Of a stretch of 64,000 bases of DNA, positions 11,307-22,350 are shown piece after piece (position 1 is the first letter of the stretch; each line of letters starts with the position of its first letter). The stretch comes from Lepidodermella squamata (taxonomy: Eukaryota; Animalia; Gastrotricha): positions 1 through 64,000 of the forward strand of contig JBLDXI010000034.1 in the NCBI GenBank assembly GCA_047495785.1, given 5' to 3'. Both the position numbers and the translations under genes were made by a program. Under the pieces are notes generated by a model. It worked only from the letters and a program-made list of their open reading frames with translations, did not search any database and was not told the origin of the DNA.

Positions 11307-13689
11307 CCAGTTTAATGACCGGACGCGGTCCATAGCTCTTCAAGCAGCTAGTACTAAACCGGCGTGTTACTCCGACGACCGGCGACTAAACTCGAACACA
11401 GATAATCCCTTGATCCCTCGGCCCTCGGCTGTAAAACACGACTCAGTCGCCGCGCGGGGTGCGTATGTGTGCGCGTGTTGTATGAAGATTTGATGGAATT
11501 GGTGGATTGCGCGCCAAAATCGAGCCGATGTAGAAGAATCAGTACGGTAGGGATACGTGTTTTTATAATATCTGTAATAATTTATAATAATTTTTCATAA
11601 TGTGACGTGAATATAAGCCGAACCATGTTGGAATTGGCGACTAGTTCTATTAACAGTCATTAAAAAATTTGTGCCATTTCATATGCGTGGAAGATAAAAC
11701 CTTGCTGTCCGGGTGATAATCGAATTGTGCATACTACTCTGAATATTCATTAGTGTGCCCCAGTTGTTGCAATCGATTCTCCCCAAGTCCGTCATAATAA
11801 TGTGAATCGAATTTGATTTTGCATTTTTTCATCTGCTCATTATCTGCTATTTTTGAACGAACGTAGTAGGTGGTTCTTGCTAGGGCGTATTCCCATGAAT
11901 GAAAATAGATGTTGATGAATGAAAATTGTTTACAAAAACTACGACTACACAAAATTGGTCGCCTACAATTGAAATCAGTTCCGCGTGCCTGAAAAAATAG
12001 CCACGCGCCACCTTCTCAAACATCAAAACATGTTTTTCAATAAATGCTCATTCTACGCTTTTTGATTTAACTTTATTCACTATTATTTCCAAGCTTTTTG
12101 TGTGTGATAATGAAACCACTCTTCCTCGTCTTTTTCTTCGCAATCGATGCGGTTCTGTGTGGCGACTGGGCTCGCTGCTTCTCCCAATTCGACGATACGT
12201 TCACGAGTTGCCGCGAATTACCTAACGGCTGTTTTAAATTGAGCGAATATCAGGTTAATAATTATAAATTTTTTAACCTATTGTTTTTTTTAAATTTCAT
12301 CTTTTGCCAGCTTGGCGAAGGTTGGCCGGATCAATCAAAGTGCATGAAATCGGTGAGTTCATTCTTTGATTGAGTTCTGGCTTGAGTATTAAATCGAATT
12401 ATGTTATTTGCGCACAGACTGCTAGATTGTGCTACCGATTGACGACTAATGCGGCGACATGTCGACCGGGCAGCCCTGGTTGTGCGAAAACGGACGAGAT
12501 AATGGTTAGTTGAAATTGATATTTTTTCCCCAATTCTATATATTTGTGAAGAAGACCATCGACAATCTGTCTTATTTGTCGACAAAATTTTACTTTTTAC
12601 CGTTCTGATTACACACAGGGCTCACAGGGTTATATCCATCCTGCGTCAAGTTGAGTGTGCGTAAAGTGGCTGCGTACATAGAGTCGTGCGTAACAGGTAA
12701 CGCATGTGCAAGGCGGGCGAATGAAGTTCTATGTTGTAATTGAAAGGCTAAAATAATTCAAAATTTCCGAAATCATCAGCCCTTGGTATTTGATAGAAGT
12801 GACTTGATAGATTTCATACATCTTCTTGTACATCACTTTTTTGTCAACTAATGAATGAAAACTTGAATGAAAACTTGAATGAAATTTTGTCTTCATCATT
12901 GGAGAATTAAGGAGAAAATTATAATAGAAGAAGAGGCGCGAGTTTTTAGACACTTTTGAAGATTTTTTCACCTGTTAAACTACCCGCGACCAAACTATCG
13001 ACGATATATTTATTTGCAGCCCATACCCAGCTTTCTAGCAATATTAGTTTCATCAATTTTGCTCCTTAGGCCGACATTAGCCTATAACCGACCCTAGAAG
13101 CCGATTTACTGAAACCGCTGCAATTAGCGATGCGAAATTCGTGTTAGTTTTGCTACGCTCGCGCTATTGCTATCACTTGTGTGTACGTGTGTTGTGTGTG
13201 TGTGTTTTATCGAGGGCAATAATTTTCACTCGCCCCACCGCAAGCAGGAAAGAGGCTTTAAAAATTGATCAATTCGCCCTACTCAACCTCTTCCGGCATT
13301 AACAACGCGGACAAGTGGTGTCACTAGCTCTCTATCACCCGCCGCGCGCTGTCAGCAGGCTCGTCCGCACCTGAGGCCTTAATGTCCTGTCAGCATCCGC
13401 GCTGTTAACGCGCGTGCTAAGATTAAGAGCGCGCGATGAGAGGATTAAGTACCAACTTGAGCAGAGCGGCGTGGCGATAATCCGATCATCGGACATGGAA
13501 AATATGCATTTCAAGCGTTGAAGGTTTTGCTGCTTTTCAAATTCGAGATGAGTAGACAGCATTATTGGCCAATTATCTCGAGTTATGCAAAACTAAAATG
13601 GCCTGAGCTGACCTCAAAACTCGCTTTTCGCGTTGAAAAAATGTATGTGAAATTACACGTTTAACATTGGAGCGGTCATGTGGTGAATA
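11307..13689 (+). repeat. Direct repeat copy 2 (2383 bp)
   Basis: Identical to 3859-6241 and begins at the right TIR. Confidence 0.95.
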
Positions 13690-16600
13690 GTTGGGGGAGT
13701 TATTGTGCATAAAGAAAAATCGAAAAATATACTCAAAACGCGCAAATTCTTTACAGGTAGTCGGATAGATAGGGATAATTTTGAACACTACCGGACTCTT
13801 GTTTTGATTCAATTGTTGAAGAAGCTAACCGCGGCAGAATAATCTCAATTTTACCGGAATACGTATTGAACCGGAATTTTATCGGAATAATTTCAGAAAA
13901 TGGTTGCAAATTATCCTTTCGAGCCCAGGAGATGAACCGTGAACTAGACAGAGAACTTCTGCTAATAAAAACCTGGAAGTCGAAATGTTAAATAGGGGCT
14001 CATTTATGCTATCGATTTTTGAAAATAATTCGAATTTGGCGCAGGTGGAGGCGCAAACATTAAAATAAACCTGTGGAGTCTAAATGATTGGGTATATGAT
14101 TGGGTTCTATAGATTTATTGATGATCGTCAGCATTAAATTCTGGTTTTTCTCAATTCAATTTAGCCGGTAAACGTGTACACGGTGTGCACAATAAACTTT
14201 ACGCACTTTGTTTACGCATACGGGAATTTACGCACGCGCGTGTTACGCAAGTGTGTTTAGTGTTTACGCACTCAACTTTACGCAGGAGGGAATAGACCGC
14301 TCACAGTACTAGTTCAGTGGATAGCCAGTGTGCGAGGTAGGATACGGGAGCTGAGGTTAACTGTATTTGTAGTTGTAGTTATCGCAAAATCAGTGTGCGA
14401 CTTTCAGCGGAGGATGCGGGATAGGATGTTTTAAAATAATACAAGTCTCCAACGGCCCAGATCGCCAGTTGACTAGCATCATCCACGGTTGTGGGCCTAT
14501 GCCGCTGGTTCTTGGAGTGCCAGGCTTTGACGTCGACAATCTGGGCACTAACTCTTCTTTCGTAACAGGTAGAGATGTGTTGACCGTTTTCGGTTGTGGT
14601 TCATCCTCTTCCCAAGCCGCTGTGCGAGGTGGGAGGGACATCTTTTCTTCGAAGTGGTCAACAGACAGCTTTGTTTTTTTCATGTCGTCTGTGTCTGAGA
14701 TGAGCTTGCCACCATCGGCAGTGCCATTTTACAGCACCGCTATTCGACCACAAATTGCAGAGAGGCAAAACTGGTTAGGATGAGGAAAATCGACATAAAG
14801 GTCCCCCTTTTGGTAGTCTTCGACCGAGCTCAACGTGCTTTAAAACTGATAGGGATGATCCTGATCTCTTACAAGTCTGTTTTGAAGTCATTTGGACGTG
14901 TTTCATCAGCTGATTATATCTTTTAAATAGCAGAGGCTTCCCGATAGTTCCTTCTCATGCGATTTCTTCTAGGCTTCTTTGATTTTCCCAAATCTCCTGT
15001 CTTAGCCCATCTCTCTCATCTCTCTTCACAGCCTTCAGACATGGCCATGGTTTCAAAAAGATCTTGGATTCTGTTTTTTGGATTTCTTTTTTGGGGTGTG
15101 GTGTGTGGTCCTCCATGCCCTTGCTCACGAAAACGAAAAGCTTTTTATTTTCTCCTTTCTCCGAAATAATTAACGACAGCTAATGGCATTATTCAGGTTG
15201 GAAGGGAAGAAAGGCTCGGGCACAGTAATACAGTCTTGTCTGCGCCGCACATGGTCGGGCTAACACTTGAATGTTCCTCCGTGATTTTTATTGAAGATGG
15301 TTCAGCTTGATCTAATGTGCCTCCACTCACGTTCCTGGTCGATTTGCTTGAGATCAAAGAGCTTGGTTCTTCTAGTCAACGAGGTGTAACTGTGTCTATT
15401 AAGGTCCCCTACACCCAATAACCAACTTTTAGTCCTTCAATGCCATCGACGATGCCTGGAGGTACACGGTCAGAATTGCGGCTTCTTTTAGCTTCTGAAC
15501 TGAGAGTCCTTCGAGACGCCACACCATGATACCGCCGCCCCATCTTGCGTCGTTTTGGTCCACACAAGGTGTAGCTTGTTCCGATTACAGTGCTCCCTCG
15601 ATAACTGCTATCAACACACCCTCTTTAATTGCAAACGCGTTTGTCTCAACTTCCTTGTCTCAAATGTCGTACAACCTGTTTGCAGAGAGCGAAGCACCGC
15701 TAGGGATGGTAGGGATCATCCCTACCAGTTCCATCGGTCCGTACGGTGGGCTCAGTCAAAGACCAAAGGGGGGACCCTTATGTCGATTTTCCTCATCCTA
15801 ACCAGTTCCACGACCCTACTTCGCTCTATGCCTGTTTGGTTCAACCTGTCGTAATCTTTGCCAAACGCTGCTAACACGAAAATATCTTTTAATCACCCAT
15901 GAGGAAGCAAGAAATGCGCCTCGGTGTTGGAAAATTATAATAACGCTGACTCGTTGACTGAACCTAATTTTCTCACTGAAATTGAACGGTGACTTGTCAC
16001 TTGTCGTTTAGAGATAAATGTCTATGCTCCGAAAGTCCGACATTTGGTCGGCCAAATTCGGAATTTAGCGTGTATCTCCTGAACTAAAATAGCACCTAAC
16101 AAATTTCACGTATTGCTATCATCTCAACTCTCAACGTTATTCTAGGTCGGCAGCTCGTACAACGGCTTCTTTCCGCTGAAAACTAACATGTACAATTGTA
16201 CCACGGATTTGAACACATTTCTGGTAATAACTAGCAACCTTTTATCGATGAATCAAAGCGAATTTTTTTCAACAGAAAAAGAAATTCGACTCGTGCGTCG
16301 ATTCGGCTCAGCAATTTGTCACATGCATTCCGAGCGATTTTCCCTGCTCCAACACTACGGTAATTTCTCTCCGGCTCGTTGGCTGCGTAATGCCTATAAT
16401 GTTTTCAGAAGAAAGCACAAACTGGATTTACCAGCTTGGAAGCCTGTCTACAGAATTTCGGCAGTAAGTTTGATATTCCATAATTACAGTATGGGGCATA
16501 AATGTTGAGCTGACTGCATTTCTACGCAGCGCATTCATTTGGGCTCCGATTTCTACATATCTTACACCGTTGGAAGGCCCATGAAAAACAGTTTCTTCCC

Positions 16601-19405
16601 CTGAAGTTTCGCTGGGGATCCTGAAGGGATCCTGGGCGAATCCAAGTTATAGCAAATTTGAGACGTCGAGCTGGTTGCTCACAGAAGCTGCGTAGAAATA
16701 AAGTCGACTCAACATTTATGCCCCATACTGTATTATTAGCGATTTTCTGAGATGAACCCAGCAGATAGATCTTAACTTTATGTTACGTTACTTAATGCTA
16801 CGTGGATTTTGCGTTACCTGCGATCAGTTTACGAGTTAGGAATACAAGAGGCCGCAGAGGGTTTTTTCTCGAAGGGGTTTTTTTATCATGTCACATTATA
16901 GTTAAACTGTAACAACAAAAATCTATGAAACTAATGAAACTAATGTCTGCAAAGACCTGCATTAGAAATGAGGACAATGTGCGAATTGGGGATTCTCAAG
17001 CTAAGATATGAAATTCAAGCTAAGAATATTTGCTTTGAATGGCCATTCGTTCCTTGCGCACTCACGCACTCGCGATTATTCTGAATTCATTATTTACTCA
17101 CTTTTATTCAGGAGCTGATTCCGTAAAGCCCCACATTCGCTGCTTCGATGCCACCACTAACGCGTTCACTGCATGCCGACCGAACAGCACAAAATGCCTG
17201 GCAAATGAAACCGCACAATTTTCAACTGGCGTCTACAGAAACAAAGCTGCTTGCTTATTATGGGTTAGTATTTAGTATTCCAGGTTTCCGCCTTTCTCCT
17301 GGTTTGAAGTACATCTGAAATGAATTCAATTATTATTGGAATGAATCTTTTGATCTATACAAGTTACGATTTTTGTTCTAGTTGTTCCGAACTTTGAGCT
17401 CAAATTGAAATAGGTTTGACCGGCATGAGGTGTGAGGCGTTTCTCATTTCAACTTATGGAATTGTTTCTGGAATATCCACGCTCATAGTCTTTGACCTGT
17501 GTTTGACGCTTTGAGCTGTGCAACTTTTGCGTTTTCAACCTATATTTTTGAAAAATTAGACAATGCTCTAAATACAGGCTTTCAGATCACTGCTCATCAC
17601 GTGAATGAGACGCGCTACTGTACTAATATCCAACTGCTATATGCGAACTGGCCCAAAAAGATTTATTCAGAGTAGTTAGCAAAATATCAGTCAAGTCATA
17701 ATTTGTTTTACCCTAGTTTACGAAGAAATTTCGAGATTTACCACTGAAAACTAGATTCGGTATTATTCACGGATTTCAGCCATTTTTTCATTATATGATC
17801 ATCATTTTTTAAGTCTGCTCAGGCTAGTTCAAATTTTTCATTTCAGAGTTATATTTCGTTATAACTTTTCTCTAGAATGCTGTGAAGTGCGATACGCCAA
17901 GTGGCAAGAAGTGTTACAACATCTGCCCGGATGGTTCCACCAAGGTAACCAGCCTGAAAACTTTAACGGTATACAGTATCCTCATTGCACTTTGTGCTCG
18001 GATTATTAGGTTAAAATCTACTCAAACTTGACATTGTTTGCTGACAACTATGCAAGCTGCATGGCTGACGTGCCGAAACCACGCGAGTACTTTCGATCGC
18101 CGATCAACGGCAACATTCATAACCAAATAATCGCCTGTAAAAATGCTAATGGGCGCCTGGCAACGTTCGCCACGCCGGATGAATTGGCCTTGGTCTTTCA
18201 GATAGTTGGCGCTACCGTTACAAAAGTGGGCATTACAGCGGATTTCAAATGGGACGATGGCAGTCTTGTTGCAATCGACCCGCAATTCTGGAGTGCTGAC
18301 TTCCCAGGAACGAATGGTGAATGTAGGTTTCTTATTCTTTTATGAAACGGCAAATTATTTACCAAGATTTTGCTAAAAAAGTTGACAAATTCCACTTTTA
18401 CCCTCAAATTGCGCGACCGATGGTTGGGGGGCCGGGCGTACCTAATATGGGCCCAGAATTGAGCGAACTATTCGCACGAGTCCCTGGTATATCACTCGGG
18501 TGTTGAGTGCAGATTTTCTTCCTACTTCCTCCTACTACAACTACTGTGTAGTTACTAGTTCAATGGCATACAATTCGGCCGTAAAGGATTACTGTATTTC
18601 ATCGAAAAGTATCCTACTTTCCTACTTCCAATAATAAGCGCCTTGAATAATAGCCCCAACAATTCACTTGAATATTGAGTCCAAATGTTAATATTGGCCT
18701 CGAATAGCCATGCGGCGGAAAAACAGGTTGAAGCCTGGAAAATCTGGAAAGCTTGAAAGCTTCAGGAGGTAGTCCAAAGAGATGGTAAGTTTTTATTTTA
18801 GTAACAATAATAATTTCGATTTTGAAAAATATAACTAATCTCTCTATTGTTCTACTAATTGTTGCTTAGGTATAACCATGTCGCCAGATGGCTTTCAAGA
18901 TGCAAGCTGCTCGGACTCTAACTACGGTCTCTGCGGAGATGTAAGTAGAAGACTTATGTGCTGATGTTTTCGATACTAATGCGCAGATGATTCCAGACCC
19001 CAGCGAGCTTGGAACGCACCGCGTCAAAAGGCACGCGAGCTGATGCAGTGAACGCTTGCCAGGCCCTCAATAAATCCCTGGCGATTCTCAAGGATCAGGC
19101 AATGTTTGATAAGGCGAAAACGATTGCCACAACCACTGATTTGCCATTCATCGGCGCGAAACGAGCAAACCCAACAACTTACTCCTTCATTACAGGCGAG
19201 CCGGCTAATGCCACGTTCCTCGGCATTCCACAGACGCCTGACAGCACGATGCACTGTGAGTAGCGGCTGATGGGGGCATTCAGACTTAAATATTAAATAA
19301 TTACTAATCTTCATGTTTCATTATACAGGTGTGGCCGCGAATAGTAACAGACTATTACTGGGATATTGCACTACATTCGGCTATGCAGTTTGCGAACGGC
19401 TTTAA
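12110..19405 (+). CDS. Gene A: secreted protein, five 4-Cys modules + two C-type lectin-like domains (12 exons)
   Basis: In-phase exons starting at 12110, 12311, 12418, 16146, 16276, 16409, 17112, 17876, 18010, 18870, 18997, 19329; signal peptide; CTLD patterns (ACKNANGRLAT..VGITADFKWDDG..C..C..LC; CQALNKSLAIL..FIGA..C..C..VCE); exon-by-exon paralog of gene B. Confidence 0.82.
12628..14298. mobile_element. Non-autonomous TIR element (MULE/Merlin-like) in intron 3 of gene A
   Basis: GG...CC termini, imperfect TIRs (GGTTATATCCATCCTGCGTCAAGTTGAG vs CTCAACTTTACGCAGGAGGGAATAGACC), TTACGCA subterminal repeats, 8-bp TSD GCTCACAG at 12620-12627 and 14299-14306. Truncated copy at 5180-6241. Confidence 0.8.
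16487..16730. mobile_element. Tc1/mariner-type MITE
   Basis: 23-bp perfect TIR CAGTATGGGGCATAAATGTTGAG, TA on both sides. Confidence 0.85.
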
Positions 19406-19688
19406 CGCATGCTGCCCGGCTCACGGCTAACCATCTGAACCAGAACAATCCCATTGAATGTGTAGCGGCATTACTTTCATTTCTCCAAAAACTTCGCGCT
19501 GACTTCTTTGAACTTTGAAGCCTAAATCTTCCATTCTGTCTTAAATTGAATGTATTACTTATTTAATCCAATTGTTAGGACACGTCATTCTCTCCAAACA
19601 GAAAAATGCTGGCAATTAAAATAATAAGTCGTTAAATGTTAACTCGGTTTTTTATCAATATCTGGATGTACGCCATATCACCTTCGAT

Positions 19689-19835
19689 CAGTGTGCGAAG
19701 TAGGATTCGGTAGTTGCGGTGTGTTCTAGCACCCAGTCAGAGAAACCAAAGAGTGTTTTTCCAGTGTGTTTTTTTAGCCTTCATCTGGTTGGGATCTCGG
19801 AGCTGGGGTGTCGCGACACTGTACTTCACACTCTG
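19689..19835. mobile_element. hAT-type MITE
   Basis: CAGTGTGCGAAGTA...TACTTCACACTCTG termini; 8-bp TSD CCTTCGAT. Confidence 0.85.
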
Positions 19836-20459
19836 CCTTCGATCTCAAAACTAAGGGCATTAGGAACCAGGTTCGAAACTGGTTCGAAGTTTATTGAGTT
19901 ATTCACCGAGTGGACCGGAGGTGGAGATTGGCATCAGTGCCCAGTGAATTACCCAATACGATTCAATTACGGAATACAAATTAGAAAATCTCTCTAAAAC
20001 AATTAATAGCGCCTCATTGTGAAATCTCAATCTCATCTCTTGCTTTCGACCTGGCAAGCCATGCGAAGGCGGCTTTCAAGTTCTCGTCGAATAGTTGAAG
20101 ATCGGCCCGGCCTTCCCCATAATTGAGGAGGACGAGGAAGAAAACCAAAACAATGAGAATAATTTGTTTGATTTTGACGAATACCGTAAACTACAGTATA
20201 AAGGCCGCATCCTGCATAAAGACCGCACCCGAATAATCGCCGCAAACTAGCCCTATTTTCATCAATTCAGCATAAATAAAGGCCGCGCGCGATATTCGCC
20301 GCACCTAAGCAAGCGATCAACAGCCACCCAGGCGAATCGCGAATCGCCACTGCGACTCCTACTGCGACTCCTACCTCTACGCCGACTGCTACTTGCTACT
20401 CCCAGGATGACGTCGAGGAGGCGGATTATCCGAAGAGCCGTTCCGGAGAAGAGCCGGTA

Positions 20460-21936
20460 ACTGTTCCGATTCGCCGAGTCAATGATGGTTATTTTCGAAG
20501 CTGTCTTTATCGATTAAGTTAATTCGATTCCCTGCTAAGGAGCCAGTTTTTGCCAGAATATATTGGGGGTTGTTTTCGAAGCTGTCTTTATTATGAAGTC
20601 CATCATACCGTTAGCGACTTTGAATAACTCGTATTTATGCTTGTTTACTTCCATTTCAAGGTGATAGGTGACAAGTAAAAAGTCGTTTGTTTTTGCCTCT
20701 TCATTCACGTTAAAAAGCCGCTTTTTACTTATCACCTTCTACCGGCCATGAACAAGCCTAAATCCGAGTTATTCAACGTCGCTAACGATATAAAGACGAT
20801 CATTAGCTAAAGTCGACTTTATCGGATAAAGTTAACTCTATCTGGCAAAAACTAGGCGCCAGTTTCCAATTGTTCATCATTAGTCGTGATCTACTTTTTA
20901 CCGACTTCTTTTATTGCTATGATTCATAGATAAAAAATACTGAAGATATGACACTCACGATCTAACCCTGTTATGTGAAAATAAAATGTGAAAATAAAAT
21001 CACCATCATAAAATCGGACCCTATATGTACGGCGAAAACTTCGCCAACTTTTTTCTCTAAAACATCCCTCTTGAATTTCGGTGCAAAAAATAGGGAAAAT
21101 TCGTAATTTGTCGTATGATTTTATGACAAAATTTGAGCGCGCGTTTCCGAAAACTGATTTTTTTGTCGTCGAAAAACCGAAATTTCGACATTTTTCATTC
21201 ACAATTTTTCTCACTACTACGGTTTTTTGCGTGGTTTCATATCGGCACGTGCCAAATAGTGAGATCTCGCAAATATTTTGCTCATTTATTTTTTCACTTC
21301 TCGTTAACAAGCTTGTTATAAAACAAGCAGCTGCCTGATTCTCAATTAGTCGGTTGATTCTGGAGGTATACCTTGGAATTAAAAGCTCATGAAGCTTCTG
21401 GCGGCCATATGTTTTTCAAGGCGATCCCAGATCCCAGTTTTTCTAGAGGCAATTCGAAAGTCACTCAACCGACTTTATTTGCTCTGTTTGAACAAGTACA
21501 AGACATGTCCATCAACTCATAATCCTGAATTTAATCAGTCTACGCTGGGCTTTATTACGAAACTATGGCCGCTGATCCCATGAAACCGTGTTTTTATTTA
21601 TCCCGCTATTTACATGTTGCTGTACCTTCCACTTTATTTGACTGCAAAAAAGCATAACACGAAGCACGCACGAGTGTCATATCTTCTGTATTTTTTTATC
21701 TATGCTATGATTCTTATACAATTAAGTCAGCAAGTGTTTTTGAGGTCAAAACGCTCGATTTCGGAAAACAAATCGGCCGTTAAAGTCGACTTTAAGGCAA
21801 TAAAGTAGAGTGCTGGTCGACTTTATCGGCCGTAGTACATTTATGTTTGCGAGATTAAGCCGACTTTAGTAAAATAAATTTTACTTTATGTTCGAAAATC
21901 ATCCTGATCCTAGAGTCAACTTTATTTCGGAACAGT
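20460..21936. mobile_element. Probable decayed DNA-transposon remnant
   Basis: ACTGTTCCGA...TCGGAACAGT ends; repeated AAAGTCGACTTT-like palindromes near both ends. A pogo-like left end (TA-CCGTA...ATAAAGGCCGCA) lies just upstream at ~20184-20310. Confidence 0.4.
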
Positions 21937-22350
21937 TTTAATTTCTTTTATTGGCCCGTTCAGATTCTTCAAGATGACGCCGCTTTGGTTTGTTTTATAG
22001 TATACTAGGTATAGGATTTTCGTTTTGATTTTTTGAGACTGAAGGTTGTTTGTACGTATCTTTTATCATTCAAAAATAATTGATAACAACAACAATCGCG
22101 TGGGGCCAGCAGGATTCACTCTCGCACGCGATATCCGATCACACTTAACGCGGTGTATCGAATAATAAATAATAATTCTCGAAAACATTCACTTTTTGAT
22201 TTTTACTACCATTGATGAATAATTCAGGCTTAGCTTGACTGATAGCAATCGTTAACAACAATTTCCTGATAATTTATGAAGTAGCATACATTGATTATTT
22301 TATTTATAGTTGCCTGATTTATCACATCGAATTAAATACAAAGCAAACTA

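Larger units (their letters stand above)
6242..11308 (+). mobile_element. Autonomous Sola1-type DNA transposon (~5.07 kb)
   Basis: Perfect 28-bp TIRs GTTCACGTCGCGGAAGAACTCGCACTTC (6243-6270) and its reverse complement (11280-11307); GTAC-rich subterminal arrays; intact spliced DDD transposase with Sola1-like motifs. Confidence 0.85.

Noticed and set aside
13290-13470. GC-rich, potentially structured segment as an ncRNA
   Set aside because: Lies inside a non-autonomous TE; no recognisable tRNA, snRNA or ribozyme motif.
3859-13689. 2.4-kb direct repeats as LTRs
   Set aside because: No TG...CA ends, PBS/PPT or gag-pol; the repeats contain host exons and part of another TE, and the interior is a TIR DNA transposon.
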